A DNA stretch of 64,000 bases from the human T2T-CHM13v2.0 reference genome, Homo sapiens: assembly GCF_009914755.1 (NCBI RefSeq), contig NC_060930.1; one strand, written 5' to 3'. The translations under genes were made by a program, and so were the position numbers. Below, in pieces: positions 24,181-52,689 of this stretch; within the stretch, counting starts at the first letter, position 1; each line of letters opens with the position of its first letter. The notes beneath the pieces were generated by a model. It was given only the letters and a program-made list of their open reading frames with translations. It did no database searches and was not told the DNA's origin.

Positions 24181-27100
24181 CGCAACTTCCGCCCCCGAAA
24201 GCCCCGCCCCCTTTCCGAGGTCAGAGGGAAAGAAGAGGAAGCTCAGCGGAAGGATAGCAAAGAGTTAAGGACGCGACGAATGGGAGGAGCGGGCCTTCTC
24301 TCGCCCCACTCGGCACCGCCCCGCCCCGCCCCGTCCCGCTCCACGGACGCGCCCGGACGCTACTGGTTCGCCTTTGCGCATGTGCAATTGCCCTCGTACC
24401 GAACTCCGCAGGACGAAGCGTGTATTTTTTTCCCATCCAGACAACCTAGAGAAACCCAAAAAAGAGGGAAGCCAAGCGCCTTTCCATGCGTAGATTGCCC
24501 GCCACTTCCGTTAAGGCATCTATTTTACTGATGAAAAGAGGCCTTCTGAGCGTTACCACAGCTCAAGCTTGGCGTCCCAGCCGGATCTAGGTTTGATTTG
24601 CAATTAGGGAAAGTTGTTCAAGGGAACAAGTCTTAGGAGAATTCTAAGGACATGAGATTGGAGTACCAGAAATGGGGAATTTTTCTTTTGGTGAGTACTT
24701 ACGAGGATCTATGAAGCTTCTGAAATTAATTCCAGAACACTTAGAGTTTTGTTTGTACATTTCTGGATCAAAGTTTCAAAGCATACTGGGGAGTTTGAGA
24801 GGGTCCATGTCTCCAAAAAAAGTTACTAATTAATGTGGTATAATTGACAAAGGTAGGAATTGATCAGTGGAGAACCTCTTCGTGGCGTTGTTCTCCTTGG
24901 CCTACCAAATAAACAGTGCCTTTTATTTTCCCTTCGAGTTAAGCAGAGGTGCTTGAAAAATTTTTATAAATGCCGTCCTTTAACGAGCCTTTCCTTTGTT
25001 ACCAGATTAAAGTGTTAAATATAAAGCTGGATGATGGCGAATCAATTATAATGTAGTTTGGCTTTAAACACCAATGCTATATTGGAACTGCAAGAACGTA
25101 AGGCTGCAGGGAATACATTTTTAAAGCGTCGGTGGGGAACTTTCTGGGACGCTCAACCCCCTGAATGCCTGGACCCCCTCAGTAAGAGTCCCATCAATAG
25201 AGGCAGTCCAACAGCAATCTCTCTGAGGCAGCCTGAGTTAGGTCACACTTCTGGTCTGTCCTGCTGTTGCATCTGCTCAGAACTGTTAGTGAAGGTGTAA
25301 ACTCCTCCCCTGACAGAACAAGATAATACCCAGTTTCCTTTAAGGCCATCAGTCTACCCAAATAATCTCCGATGAATTCCCTTTTCTGCTGATAGAGTGT
25401 GTACCATGCCCAAAGTGGTAAAAACCTTCCATCCCCAGACCCCCTCCAAGGATGGGAAAGGTGAGCCTGATCCTGGAAGAGTATCTTACCTTCCCCTTCT
25501 GGGGATGACTCCCCTTGGTGACTCCCCTTCCCACACACGCTATACCCAGTAGCTCAGTCCTAGGCACACAGAAGCTTCATACCACTGGCGAGCAACTGTT
25601 ATTGGCTGTAAGGCAGCAATGTGCACTGGATTTTTATTCTGCTATCCAGTTATGCCCTCTCCATACTCATTGCCACAGAATTGGGAGGACCCTGTGGCTA
25701 CCTTTTGTCCACAATAGAGAGTAGAGTAGGAGAGTGGCATCCCGATGAGCAGGCAGTTTCTCTCTGCCTGTCAGGAATGCCTTGCCTGATGTGTGTTTCT
25801 GCCTATATTGCTCCTAGTCCCAAGTTTCTACTACTCTGTGAGAAGAAAAATAGATGCTCACAGACAGACCAACATGATTCCTCCCCCGCTTCCTGGAACC
25901 CCTGACACCCTCCCAGATATGTCTTGATCTCCTCTTTATCAGATGTAGATTCTCTTCATTGGTGAGTCTTTCATCAAACATCCATTTTGCCCATAAGGAA
26001 GAGTGTGTACATGTAAAAAATAAGATTGAACGTTCTCTTTTGGCAAAAGAGAGAGATCTTATCTGTCTTCCCTTTTCCTAGGACTTTTCCTTGAGAAAAA
26101 CCTATATTTATTAATCCTTCCTCTTCACTTTGATATGTAGATAAATCTTTTGTTTTTGCAGACAGGGTCTCACTTTCTCACCCAGGCTAGAGTGCAGTGG
26201 GCATGATCAGGGCAGCCTTACTGGAGCCTCAACCTCCCAAGCTCAAGCAATCCTCTCACCTCAGCCCCCAAGGAGCTGGGACTACAGGTGCAGGCCCCCA
26301 CACCCCACTAACTTTTTTATACTTTTTTCGTCTGGAACTCCTGCAAGCAGCCCTCCCACCTCAGCCTCCCAAAGTGCTGGTAAGACAGCCAGGTGGGAAG
26401 GATTCCTTGGCAGAATCTCCTTTTGACCTGAGCACTGGGAGGAATGCACCCTGTGGTGGAGCCTTGGGAAATTTGCGCCATTTGCAGTGGGGAGGAGCCT
26501 GGCCCCTCCTTTTCCTAGGTGGAACCTGGGATTCAGTCTACCAGGCAGGAAGCACTCTGGCTTTGGGGAGAGTCTCTGTTTCCCTTTTTTTCTTTTTGCC
26601 CAATAAATTCCATTCTCACCCTTCAAGGCATCTGTGAGCCTAATATTTCATGGCCATGTGACCAGGACCCAGCTCTTAGCTGAACTAAGGAGAAAGTCGT
26701 ACAACAGCTTTGGCACCCAATGTGGGGCTTGAGAAGCGGTTGAGTGACACGGGGACTCAAAACTTTTCACTGTCATTTCTAAGCCTTTTCATGCGTGGAC
26801 TTCTGAGGGTAGGGAAACCATGCCCCCACTCCCATCGCTCCCTGGGGTCAGGGGCCTTTCCATGGCCTTTGCCTTCGTTTTTTGGGAAGGATAGGCAAGT
26901 CGCAGCTCCTCATTCCCTCTCCCCTCCCAGCTGGGGCTGGGGAATGCCACATGTCCACAGCATCTTCCCCTTCCCTGGCCAAGGCTCAACTCCATCTGAT
27001 AAGCTTCTCTCCCTGGTAGAGGAACCATTTGCCTAAGAATAAAAGGTTTATTCCCCCAGGCATCCTTTTTTCTTCACCCCATCAACAGTTAACTTTTAAA

Positions 27101-27268
27101 CCAGATGTTTTTTTTCTTTTTCACTAGGCTAGGAATGATAAGGATCCCTGTTTATATTCTCCTTAAAGTTTGGTTGTGAAAAAGGATCTTATGGGGACTG
27201 GTTTTCTTCTGCCTGTCTGTGTAGCTATATATATGTTGTGTACATGATGTCTATGAAAAGAGCTCAAA

Positions 27269-29176
<1,908 letters not shown>

Positions 29177-29655
29177 AGTTTTCTTTAGGTTATATTATTG
29201 TGAATAATACTAATATATGTTCCAAAATTGTATGGGATTTCTAAAATTCTAATGTCTGAGATAACCAAACTTCTTTGTCAATTGTGTTTCTAACTGTAAC
29301 TACCCTGGACATTTTGTTATTCACAGACAATTGTTGTCTTGTTTTAATCCTTTTCAAAAGATGATTTATAATGAGCTATAGAACGTTAACAGGTGCTCTC
29401 AAATACCAATTTCTGATGACTTTGGAGATTGTAACAAAAGGAAAAATGTACAAGACTCACAAAGAGCTGAAATGTTCATGAATATCAAGCAAATCAAGAA
29501 CTAAATTGACTGAACTCAGAAAGCTGAAGCAATCTTTTTGACTTTTGCTTAGAATATTGCTGACCCTTATTTTTCAGAGTCAAGGAAACTTACTTTGAAC
29601 TATTTACACCCTTTAATAATTGAGTAAGGTATACTCCTGTGAACAAAATTTGGAG

Positions 29656-30813
29656 TATCGGGGGAACCCACCCCCAGTATTTCAATGAAGGTGCTTTCTA
29701 TTTTCCCTAAGTGTCGGCCAGTCTGAGAAATAAAGAGAAAGAGTACAAAGAGAGGAATTTTACAGCTGGGCCGCCAGGGGCGACATCACATACCGGTAGG
29801 TCCATGATGCCCACCTGAGCCGCAAAACCAGCAGGTTTTTATTAAGGACTTCAAAAGGGGAGGGGGTGTATGAACAGGGAGTAGGTCACAAAGATCACAT
29901 GCTTCAAAGGGCAAAAAGGAGAACAAAGATCATATGCTTCTAGGCCAATAAATATCATGAGGCAAAGGGCAAAGCAAAGACCACAAGGCAAAGGGCAAAA
30001 TCAAAAACTCCTGATAAGGTTCTATGTTCAGCTGTGCACATATTGTCTTGATAAATATCTTAAACAACAGAAAACAGGATTCAAGAGCAGAGAACCAGTC
30101 TGACCTCAAATTTACCAGGGCAGGGTTTCCCAATCCTAGTAAGCCTGAGGGTACTGCAGGAGACCAGGGCATATTTTAGTCCTTATCTCAACTGCATAAG
30201 ACAGACACTCCCAGAGCAGCTGTTTATAGACTTCTCCCACCAGGAATGTATTCCTTTCCCAGGGTCTTAATTATTAATATTCCTTGCTAGGAAAAGAATT
30301 CAGCGATATCTTCCCTACTTGCTTGTCCGTTTATAGGCTCTCTGCAAGAAGAAAAATATGGCTCTATTCTGCCCTACCCAGCAGGCAGTCAGACCTTATG
30401 GTGTCTTCCCTTGTTCCCTGAAAATCACTGTTATTCTGTTCTTTTTCAAGGTGTACTGATTTCATATTGTTCAAACACACATTTTACAATCAATTTGTAC
30501 AGTTTGACACAATAGTGGTCTTGAAGTGACGTACATTCTCAGCTTATGAAGATAATAGGAATAAGAGACTAAAGTAAGACAGGCATAAGAAATTATAAGA
30601 GTTTTATTAGGGAAGTGATAAATGTCCATATTAAAATGAAATCTTCACAGTTTATGTTCAGAGATTGAAGTAAAGACAGGCATAAGAAATTATAAAAGTA
30701 TTAATTTTGGGAACCGATATATGTCCATATTAAAATGAAATCTTCACAATTTATGTTCCTGTACTGCGGCTCCAGCCAGTCCCTCTGTTCGGGGTCCCTG
30801 ACTTCCCGCAACA
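29656..30813 (-). mobile_element. MER11 (HERV-K11/HML-8) solo LTR, MER11A/B-like
   Basis: Minus strand starts TGTTGCGGGAAGTCAGGGACCCC. Perfect 6-bp TSD TTGGAG at 29650-29655 and 30814-30819; 1158 bp. Confidence 0.92.
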
Positions 30814-33800
30814 TTGGAGCATATTTGTCTCTCTGCCTGGCTTCTCCAGAATTTGGAAACTATCTGTGAGTATTCTTAACTTATGGCAATATAGTTGTTT
30901 GCATCAGCGCAGTAAGAATCCATTTTTCTTTTGCAACAGGACACAGTTGGAGAAACTGGTTATTCTACCAAGGCTTTGACTGAAGGGTATGCTTCTCTTT
31001 CAGGAGTCAGTCTCAACTTGCAGAGCCAATAAAAGCCCCTTGGGGAAAAAAAAAATGGCCTCATATCCTTGTCTACGCAGTCCCTGTACAGGGTTCCTGA
31101 CCTGTGGTCAGTAAAGAATGTCACTTTCTAACAGGCCTAGGGGCTCCAAGTTTATCTTAGGACTTTAAAAGGAGAGGATCACTCAACTCACAGGTATTTA
31201 AGGATACAAACCCAAGGCTGGGCTCAGCTTTAAAAGGCCTTCTCTGAGATTCCTTGTAAAACAGATTTCTATCAAAGCCAATCCAAAAGGCCTGTATAGG
31301 AATAATTACTCTTGCTGCACTTTATGCAGGCCAAGTATAAGACTAAAGTCTATTTTGCAAACAACTCAGTCCTACCATAATTTTTTTTAACAAAAATGAG
31401 GACTGGAGAGAGAGAAATTATGCTTCAAAACTTATCATACATTTGTCATTAAATTATAAACTCATTAGTTGTCTGTAAGTTTTTGCCTACATTTTAAACT
31501 AACCCTGCTTGTTCCTGTGAACCAACCAGCAATCTCTGGCTGTAGCCCAGAAAGAACAAGAGGGATGGGTAATGTAAAAATCCAGACCAATATTCTAGTT
31601 CTGACCAATTATCCTTCAAATCCTGCCAGGTGATGGGAATAAATAGGATGCCCATCACTCAGAGGTTTCCTTTTTGGGAAAGTAAGACCAAGGGAGCTAA
31701 CCAAAGTCAAGCACGATGTGCCCAAATCCTAAGCAAGCATAACTATAGCCACCAGTTATCTGGGTGTGTCACAAGACATCCCTTTCTCTCCCTTGTTGGA
31801 GGAGGACTCAGTTCCACAGTTTCACCTTAGCATTTGGCTTATGAGAAGGAGTTCATGCAGTCCCCACCCTAGACACATTTTTGTCCCAAACTCAATTCCA
31901 AGCTTTGCGTTAAAGCCCTAGGAAAGAAAACTGGATCTGAGGGATGCAGAGGCAGACGATAACAGAAGTTTAAAGGCACAGCACAGGTGAGCATGGCTGA
32001 TTCCTGCCGATTAAGCCAAGCCTCCTGTTTCATGGATAAAGATCATGCTAGTATCCATGGCATAAATAAGGTCTAGGGAACTCCAGACTACTGACAGTAG
32101 GTGGGATAGAAACAGTGGTGAGATCAGATAATTCCTATTTTCTAGGCCCTCCTTGCTTCATGGGTGCAAGCCACTTTGGCACCCACGGCAGCACCTGACA
32201 AGGTCACCGGGACGCAGGGATGCAAAGACAGAAGTGGGAAAGAGAATGTTCTTCCCTCTCTCCCTCACATACCTGGGGTATCTGCTAGGAAGAGAAGGGA
32301 ACAAGAGACTCCTGCTCCCGTTCTTTTAGATGGGTAGCCATTCATCTTCAGTCTGTACCTTTTTCAAATGCATCCTGAACCCCTGAGACTCCTTTAAAAA
32401 GCTCCTTCTTTTTTCCTCTCTCCTCCTCTGTCCTCTCTTCACAGATAGGTAATTGCATCTTCGTACTACAGGACACTCCCCTCAGATGCATCCTCCAAAC
32501 TGGAAAGGTTAATTTCCCAAACCTTAAACTGGTTGGTTTAGGATTAGGCTCAGGGGAAGGGAACGCCCTGTTGGAAGAAGGGAACCCATGTTGGAAGAAG
32601 CCCAACATGCTGGCAAAAGGGTCAAGTTTACTACCAGTAGGGCTTGTGGCCTCCCTCTCCCCATGCAAACTGGTAAAAGGCCTTGGGATTTTTGAGCTGC
32701 CCTTACCCCTCCCCTTGTTTCATTTTAATACATGTTTTCTAATAACCCGATTTGTCTCTTCTTGCCTTCAGGCCATCAAACTCCAAACAATCACACAACC
32801 AGAGCCTCTGATGACGGCCCCTTCTGCTAGGAACCCTTAAATAGGCCTCTGAGGCAGCTCTAACTGCTGTTTCCCCAAACATCGCCCCCCTTAACAGCAG
32901 GAAGCAGTTAAGATTGGTCATCATGCTTATCCTAATGGCAGTTAGATGGACTTCTTTAGAGCACAGACCGCTAAACACCTGCTAAATGGCAGCTCCCTCC
33001 CACTCATTCTGGAGTGTCACCTCCAGAGGCTGCTCAGCTTCTTTCTAGGGGGTACGGATACTCTTCCTGGACAGGCAGGTGTTCCCTGGTCCCCATTCCT
33101 CACCCCAGCCCGGGAAAGGGGACCTGCCCATTCTCAGAGCACAGGTAGCTCCTCCCTCGCAATGTACAGCCAAGTATAAAGGGGTCCCTGGAGAAACTCC
33201 AGCTGGCCTGTGCACTGGGAGAAGTGTACACTGGGGTGGAGCCTCGGGAAGTTTGCACCATTTGCAGGGGGGAAGAGCCTGGCCCCTCCTCTTCCTGAGT
33301 GGAACCTGGGATTCAATCTGTGAGCTGGGAAGCACACTTGCAGGACTCTGGCTTTGCAGAGAGTCCCCATTTCCCTTTTTTTTCTTTTTGCCCAGTAAAT
33401 TTCATTATTCTCACCCTTCCACGTGTCTGCGAGCCTAATATTTCATGGCCATGTGGCAAGGACCCAGCTCTTAGCTGAACCAAGAAGAAAGTTGTTCAAC
33501 ACTGGGATTACAGGTGTGAGCCACAGCACCCAGCTGATATGCAGATAAATCTTTTCAAAAGCAAAATGAGCCTCTTGCCTGCCCTACAGCCCTTACAACA
33601 AGAAGTGTTTTTCTTAGGGTCTGGGAAGTATGTCTTGTTTTTTTTTATTTTATTTTATTTTACAAATGGCATCTCACTATGCCAGGCTGGTCTTGAACGC
33701 CTGAGCTCAAGAGATCCTCCCACCTCCACTATCTCTTTGAAATGTAAACATCAAGTAAGATAGTGCCCCTATCTTCCTGTCACCCTAGCCTAAGGCTCTT

Positions 33801-34957
33801 TGTTCTCAGTAACTACCTGTTTGTGTTAGGAGTGAGTTTTGTTTTTCTTTCAGATAACAGCAGTTAACTAACACAGATGGCCACTGCCAATAACCAAGTG
33901 AACCTAGGATGAACCATGAGTATATAACAAATGATACTACCAAGTCCTCCTCTATAAGGACAAGTTATTGTTTATCTTGAGAACATGTATGTAAAGGATT
34001 GTATGTACTTGGATATGTAAAAGAGTGAGGTTTCTTTCTGTCTCTGCAATCTCATGAATGGATGGCCTGTGATGCACATCTCAGTCTGGTTTAATGCCTA
34101 CTCAATAATACAACTCTTTTTTTCCCCTACATTTATGAAGAGAATTTTCTGGGTTGACAGGAGGTTTTTTTGCTAACTTTTTCCCCAACAGGTGTTTATG
34201 CCTTACTCAACTATTAAAGGCTATTACAGAAATGTACCCCCTCTGAGACTGAACAGTGTTGCTTTTTTGATCGATCCTCATCTCTACCAGGCAGGGACTG
34301 AGCTGGTGCCTATGTGCCTAGCTCCCTTCTCATACTGATGACCCACCACCTCCGCCTCCTTCCTGTACTGTACCAGCTTCGGTGGATGGGAGAAGTTCAG
34401 AAGGAGATCAAATTGGGTTAAGTTTAGAGCTGAGGAAGAACGCTAGAGTCCCATCTCACATAGAGGTCAGGTTCTAAACTCAGGGTTTTGGACAAAAGAA
34501 AAACTCAGAATTACCCTCCATTGTTTTTTTCATCGGAGCACCACTTGAAGTCTTTAGCATGTAGGCCCCGTCATATAAAAAATAGCAATCTTTAAACAAC
34601 AGAATCACACTTTTCACAGCCTGATGCTCCTCTCCAAAAGGTCTCAGTTCACATCTTACTCCATGGTACAGGTCCAGGGAGCAAAACAACAAGCAGCCTC
34701 TCTCTCTTGTATGCCCACACTTGTACAGGTAAATTCATAGGAATTAAATATGGATGTGATATTACTTCATTGTTGTCAAATGATACCTGCCAACAGAAGA
34801 TACCAGAAAACTTACTATGAGGCTTCTTACTTGCATAAGCTCCTCCCAAGGCCAAATTAGTTATTTGTAATTTTATATCATTGAAAAGGATATTTTTAAA
34901 GGGATATGCTCCCCTCTTACCTCCCCCCTCCCACACCAAGTTGTTTAAGTTCAAAAC

Positions 34958-35747
<790 letters not shown>

Positions 35748-36358
35748 AAGCCACGCAAAACCTGGACCTGCCCCTGTTCTAACTGATGCTTTCTGGTTCT
35801 AAAGCTCCTGGAGCCAGCGTTCTCTGAACCAAAGTCTCTAACCTTGGTATAAATTCAGCAAACTTTTCCCAAGTTATTTTAAAGAGAATTTACCTGGTAC
35901 ACTCTTGAGCTTTTAATGCCCAAAAAGAATGTTCTAAAGAACTCATTCAGTCACAAATACTAAATCACTGTTTGCTTTAAGAGCACTGAGGTCTTCAAAG
36001 GCAGCAACCATGAGGTATCCCTTTGGAGGTGGCAAGCATTAACTTAACATACCTGCCAGTATCTCCATAGTCCTCACTCACCAGGGGTCCGCCCCAGAAA
36101 ATGCCCTCGGACTCTAGAGGCTCACCTCCCATTAGAGGGCACCCATCAGTTTCCTAGAGCTGCTGTAACAAAAGGCCACAAGCTGGGTGGCTTAAAACAA
36201 GAAGAATGTATTCTCTCCTGGTTCTGGAGGCTAGACATATGCAAGGTGTTGGCAGGGCCATGTTCTCTTTAATGCCTCTAAGGGAGGATCCTTCCTTGCC
36301 TCTTCCAGTTTCTGGTTGCCCCAGGAATTTGGTTGCTGTATGTCTTCCTTCTGAGAAC

Positions 36359-37081
<723 letters not shown>

Positions 37082-37214
37082 AGAATCATGAAGTTTTGTA
37101 GAAAGGCAGAGACTGAGATAGATGCTTTAAAAATTACCGTCCATATCCTTCCCTTTCTTTCAACACTGCTAGGGACTGCAAAGAAGGAAATATGAGCAAA
37201 GTTAACTTCACCCC

Positions 37215-38056
<842 letters not shown>

Positions 38057-38298
38057 CACCCTGCCTTCCCTCTGCCAACACAACAACTCTGAACCAGCAG
38101 AGTTCCTCCTGAACAAGGAGTTTATTTTATGTTGTTATGGTTATTTTTATTAACATAGATCAAATAGAGAACCCAAAAGTAGACCCCAAAATATTTGGGA
38201 ATTACATTCCAAATTAGTGGAGAAAGAAGAGTTGATTATTCCATACATGTTATTACAACATCTGGCTTGCCATTTAGGTTTAAAAGGAAGCTGGATTT

Positions 38299-38595
<297 letters not shown>

Positions 38596-38729
38596 AAACT
38601 GGATTTCTATTTGACTCCTCATCCCCAAACAAATTACAGATGAATTAAAGATCTAAACCTAAAATAAATAAAACTTTACATTCTAGGATAAAATATGGGC
38701 ACTTCATATATATAAATATATATATATAG

Positions 38730-41812
<3,083 letters not shown>

Positions 41813-42008
41813 TGCCAAGGAATTTAAATTTTTCCATAGCATGCTTTCAAATCTTGTTAACTCAGAGTCTGCAGGCATTCCCTCACTGATCAGTGACTTC
41901 TAAAGGCCCAAATTCATGTCTGCACATCAACTCATTAACAAGGTCTCAATATGAAATAACTCCAGTTCCAGGGCTGCAAAGTACAGCCAACACTGAACAG
42001 GTTCCTAA

Positions 42009-42738
<730 letters not shown>

Positions 42739-43764
42739 TAAAGTTATATATTGGTTCTGAGGGCTCAGACAACACATTTCCAAGAAGCAGGTAAAAGGAA
42801 AGGTTGCCTATTATCACTGACCATCCGGTCATATAGCTTGCGCTGATCCTTTTTGTGGCTCCCTCAGGTCCAGAAGCTCTCTTCTGCTTCTCAACCAACC
42901 ACACTGTGGGAAAAGGCAAGTTTTGTAGGACTGGAAACCCTGTTGCTCAAGCCTTCTCTTTCTAGATACACCTATAATCATTCTTCTCCAAGGCTCTGCA
43001 AAGGAGCGGGGCCTGGAATCCCAAACTCTAGGGTAATGTCCAATACATTGCTTCACTAAGCAGACAATCCCAAAGGAAGCATTAAATTAGTACATGTGGC
43101 TGGATAATGTTTTGATAAATTAATTTTTTTAGAGCTTGATGACAGAATGGACATACCAAATAAGGGAAAAATCAAAGATGACTCCAATCTTTCTGTTCTA
43201 AATAGGAAGTCCTCTAACTTTCTGATCATCTCCAAGAACTCTAAGCCTGTTATTTTATGCAAAACAAAAAAATCAAAAATGTGTATATGGGATCATTTCC
43301 CCTGAATAGTGAGAAGTTGAATGTATTTTTGTTTAAACATAAAACTAGAATTCTCCATAATTTTACAGCTGAAAACTGAGCCATATATATGGTCACTAGG
43401 TGGAGCTAAAAACCAGATAATCCAAACTCTCATTGCTTTGGTAACCAAGAAAGTGGGTCAGTGAGTCAGGTTCTTCTATTACACATGTGTGTGCCTATTC
43501 CAAATGTTGGGTTTGGCCCCGCTTCACCAAACTCATAATAATAGAGGTCAGCCTAACCTACCACGTAATTAAATAACAGTGACTAGCAGGGTACCTCTGC
43601 CTATCCAGCTTTTATATAAGTTTCTTTACTGGAAAATACTAAAGATTGAAAGGAAAACAACTGCTTTCTGAACGCTACTGTCAAGGCACAAAGGTTTTCA
43701 GAGATAATAACTCTGTTTCTGTGTGCAATAAAAATTTAATTAAAAAATTAATTCTACTGTTTGA

Positions 43765-49406
<5,642 letters not shown>

Positions 49407-50309
49407 TGAAAGTACTTTTAAACATATGGTTGACAGTTAAGCCTTAAATTTTATGTATGTCATTGTCCAAATAATATTGACCTTAGGTTAGAAGAAAACT
49501 ACGTGAAAATAAAAATTGTTAAGTATTAAGATTATAGGATTGCAGTGATTTTACCCTTTTATTGGTTTTCTTCATGTATTATTATACCATCATTGTTTAC
49601 ATCATTCTTTCTCTTCTGATATTAAACTGAGAACAGCTGCATCTACTCTTGAGAAGGGGAAAGAAAAGACTGGAAATAGTCTAACAGTTGAACTGCATGA
49701 AATAGTTTAAAGTTGCTCTTTTAACAGCTATAAATTTTTCATAGAATAGCTCCAGCCACTCCTTGACTTGTGAAAAAATCATTTAGAAAGCTTCTGCATT
49801 ATAAGCAATGCATAACCCTTAGGGAAGATGGATCAAAGAAATGTACAGTGTGCCTGTGAGTCATCCTTAAAATACTGGTGTTTTCTTCAATAAGCTTCTG
49901 TACTGGGAAAAATTATAATTCCGCACAAGCCTTGGAGACCTGTTATCACTTTGTAAATTGAGTAACCCTTGGAGACAAGGCAATCTACTGGCTAGGCAGC
50001 CTGGAAACAGCTTCTGGACCAATCAACTGCCTGGAAACAGTTCTTGGACTAGTCACCTAGAAACAGTACCTGGACCAATCAGCTGTTTTCTAAGAACTAT
50101 TTTTTTCTAAAATCTGCCACTGCTGCCTTGCAAATCAAAACCAGAGAAATAAAAATGTACCTGAATTATTTCAATATCAACCTCACATGTCCTAGCCCAT
50201 CTTTGGCCTATTCGACAAGTACCTCAAACTCTGTGCTCTTCAGTGGAATTCATTCTGTACCCAATAGTTTCTTAGCTACATCATATCCTTTGTGGAAGGA
50301 GGTAAGGAA

Positions 50310-50792
50310 TGTCAACCTAAATAACAAACAGAGAGAGACTCTCTAAAAGAAAATGATGTTTATGTGGGAATAGAGCATTGCAATGGCAATATGCATGCCA
50401 TAGTAAACTATGTGTGTGTTCAGGGAGGTAAAGAAAGACAAAGGTTTTTTTAAAGGAAAAAAAATGAGTAGGTTATATAATTGTTTTGAAATAATTATCC
50501 TTGGCTACAAAGATCAATAACAAGGGTGACGCCAGTCTGGGCTAGACAGGCAGTTATTGGGTAGGTGTCCTTGCAAAAATTTTTTTGTGTAACATTATGA
50601 TGGCCTTTGTGCAATGTTGTATTATTTGCAGAATCTTTTATGATAGTTTTATCAGGTATACATGCATGAGAATCCTCTCTTCATAGCCTTCTCTGGCTCT
50701 ATTTGTCCAGGTTGTTTTGTTGTTTTGTTTTGTTTTGTCTTGTTTTTTTTTTTAACATGAATGACTCAATTTCGATTCTGATAACCTTCACA
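50310..50792 (-). mobile_element. Second MER39 LTR, reverse orientation
   Basis: Reverse complement of the 36359-37081 element; ends GATTCTGATAACCTTCACA. Confidence 0.8.
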
Positions 50793-51010
50793 GAAATAAA
50801 TACCATTTTGCACATTGTAGTTGCTATAATGTTTTTTCATTTGAGGATATTCTTTCTACTGTCTTCTTTCTACCTTCTCCCTGGTTCTCAGCCTTGGCTG
50901 CACATTAGAATACCTGGGACATTTTGAAAAGTCCTGTTGCCCAGTCTTCATAACCCACACCAATTAAATCAGAATTTCTGCCATCAGCATTTATTAAAGT
51001 TCCACAGATA

Positions 51011-52582
<1,572 letters not shown>

Positions 52583-52584
52583 AC

Positions 52585-52607
52585 AGGAAAGAAAGAAAGG
52601 AAAGAAA

Positions 52608-52689
<82 letters not shown>

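Larger units (their letters stand above)
23800..24590. promoter_or_regulatory. CpG-island TATA-less promoter of RNGTT, probably bidirectional
   Basis: Only CpG-dense non-repeat segment in the window. Motifs: ZNF143/Staf-like AACCCACAATGCACCG (24167-24182), ETS ACTTCCG (24185-24191 and 24504-24510), tandem GC boxes CCGCCCCGCCCCGCCCCG (~24316-24333), NRF1-like TGCGCATGTGCA (24375-24386) and a CRE half site (24113-24118). Confidence 0.9.

Noticed and set aside
23968-24531. 187-aa plus-strand ORF across the promoter
   Set aside because: Expected in stop-poor CpG-island DNA; no recognisable homology; antisense to the RNGTT leader.
26381-26706. Possible p53 response element in the MER61 LTR
   Set aside because: No paired RRRCWWGYYY half sites are visible in either LTR.
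30570-30760. ~100-bp tandem duplication within MER11
   Set aside because: As I recall this is part of the MER11A/B consensus, so it is not locus-specific.
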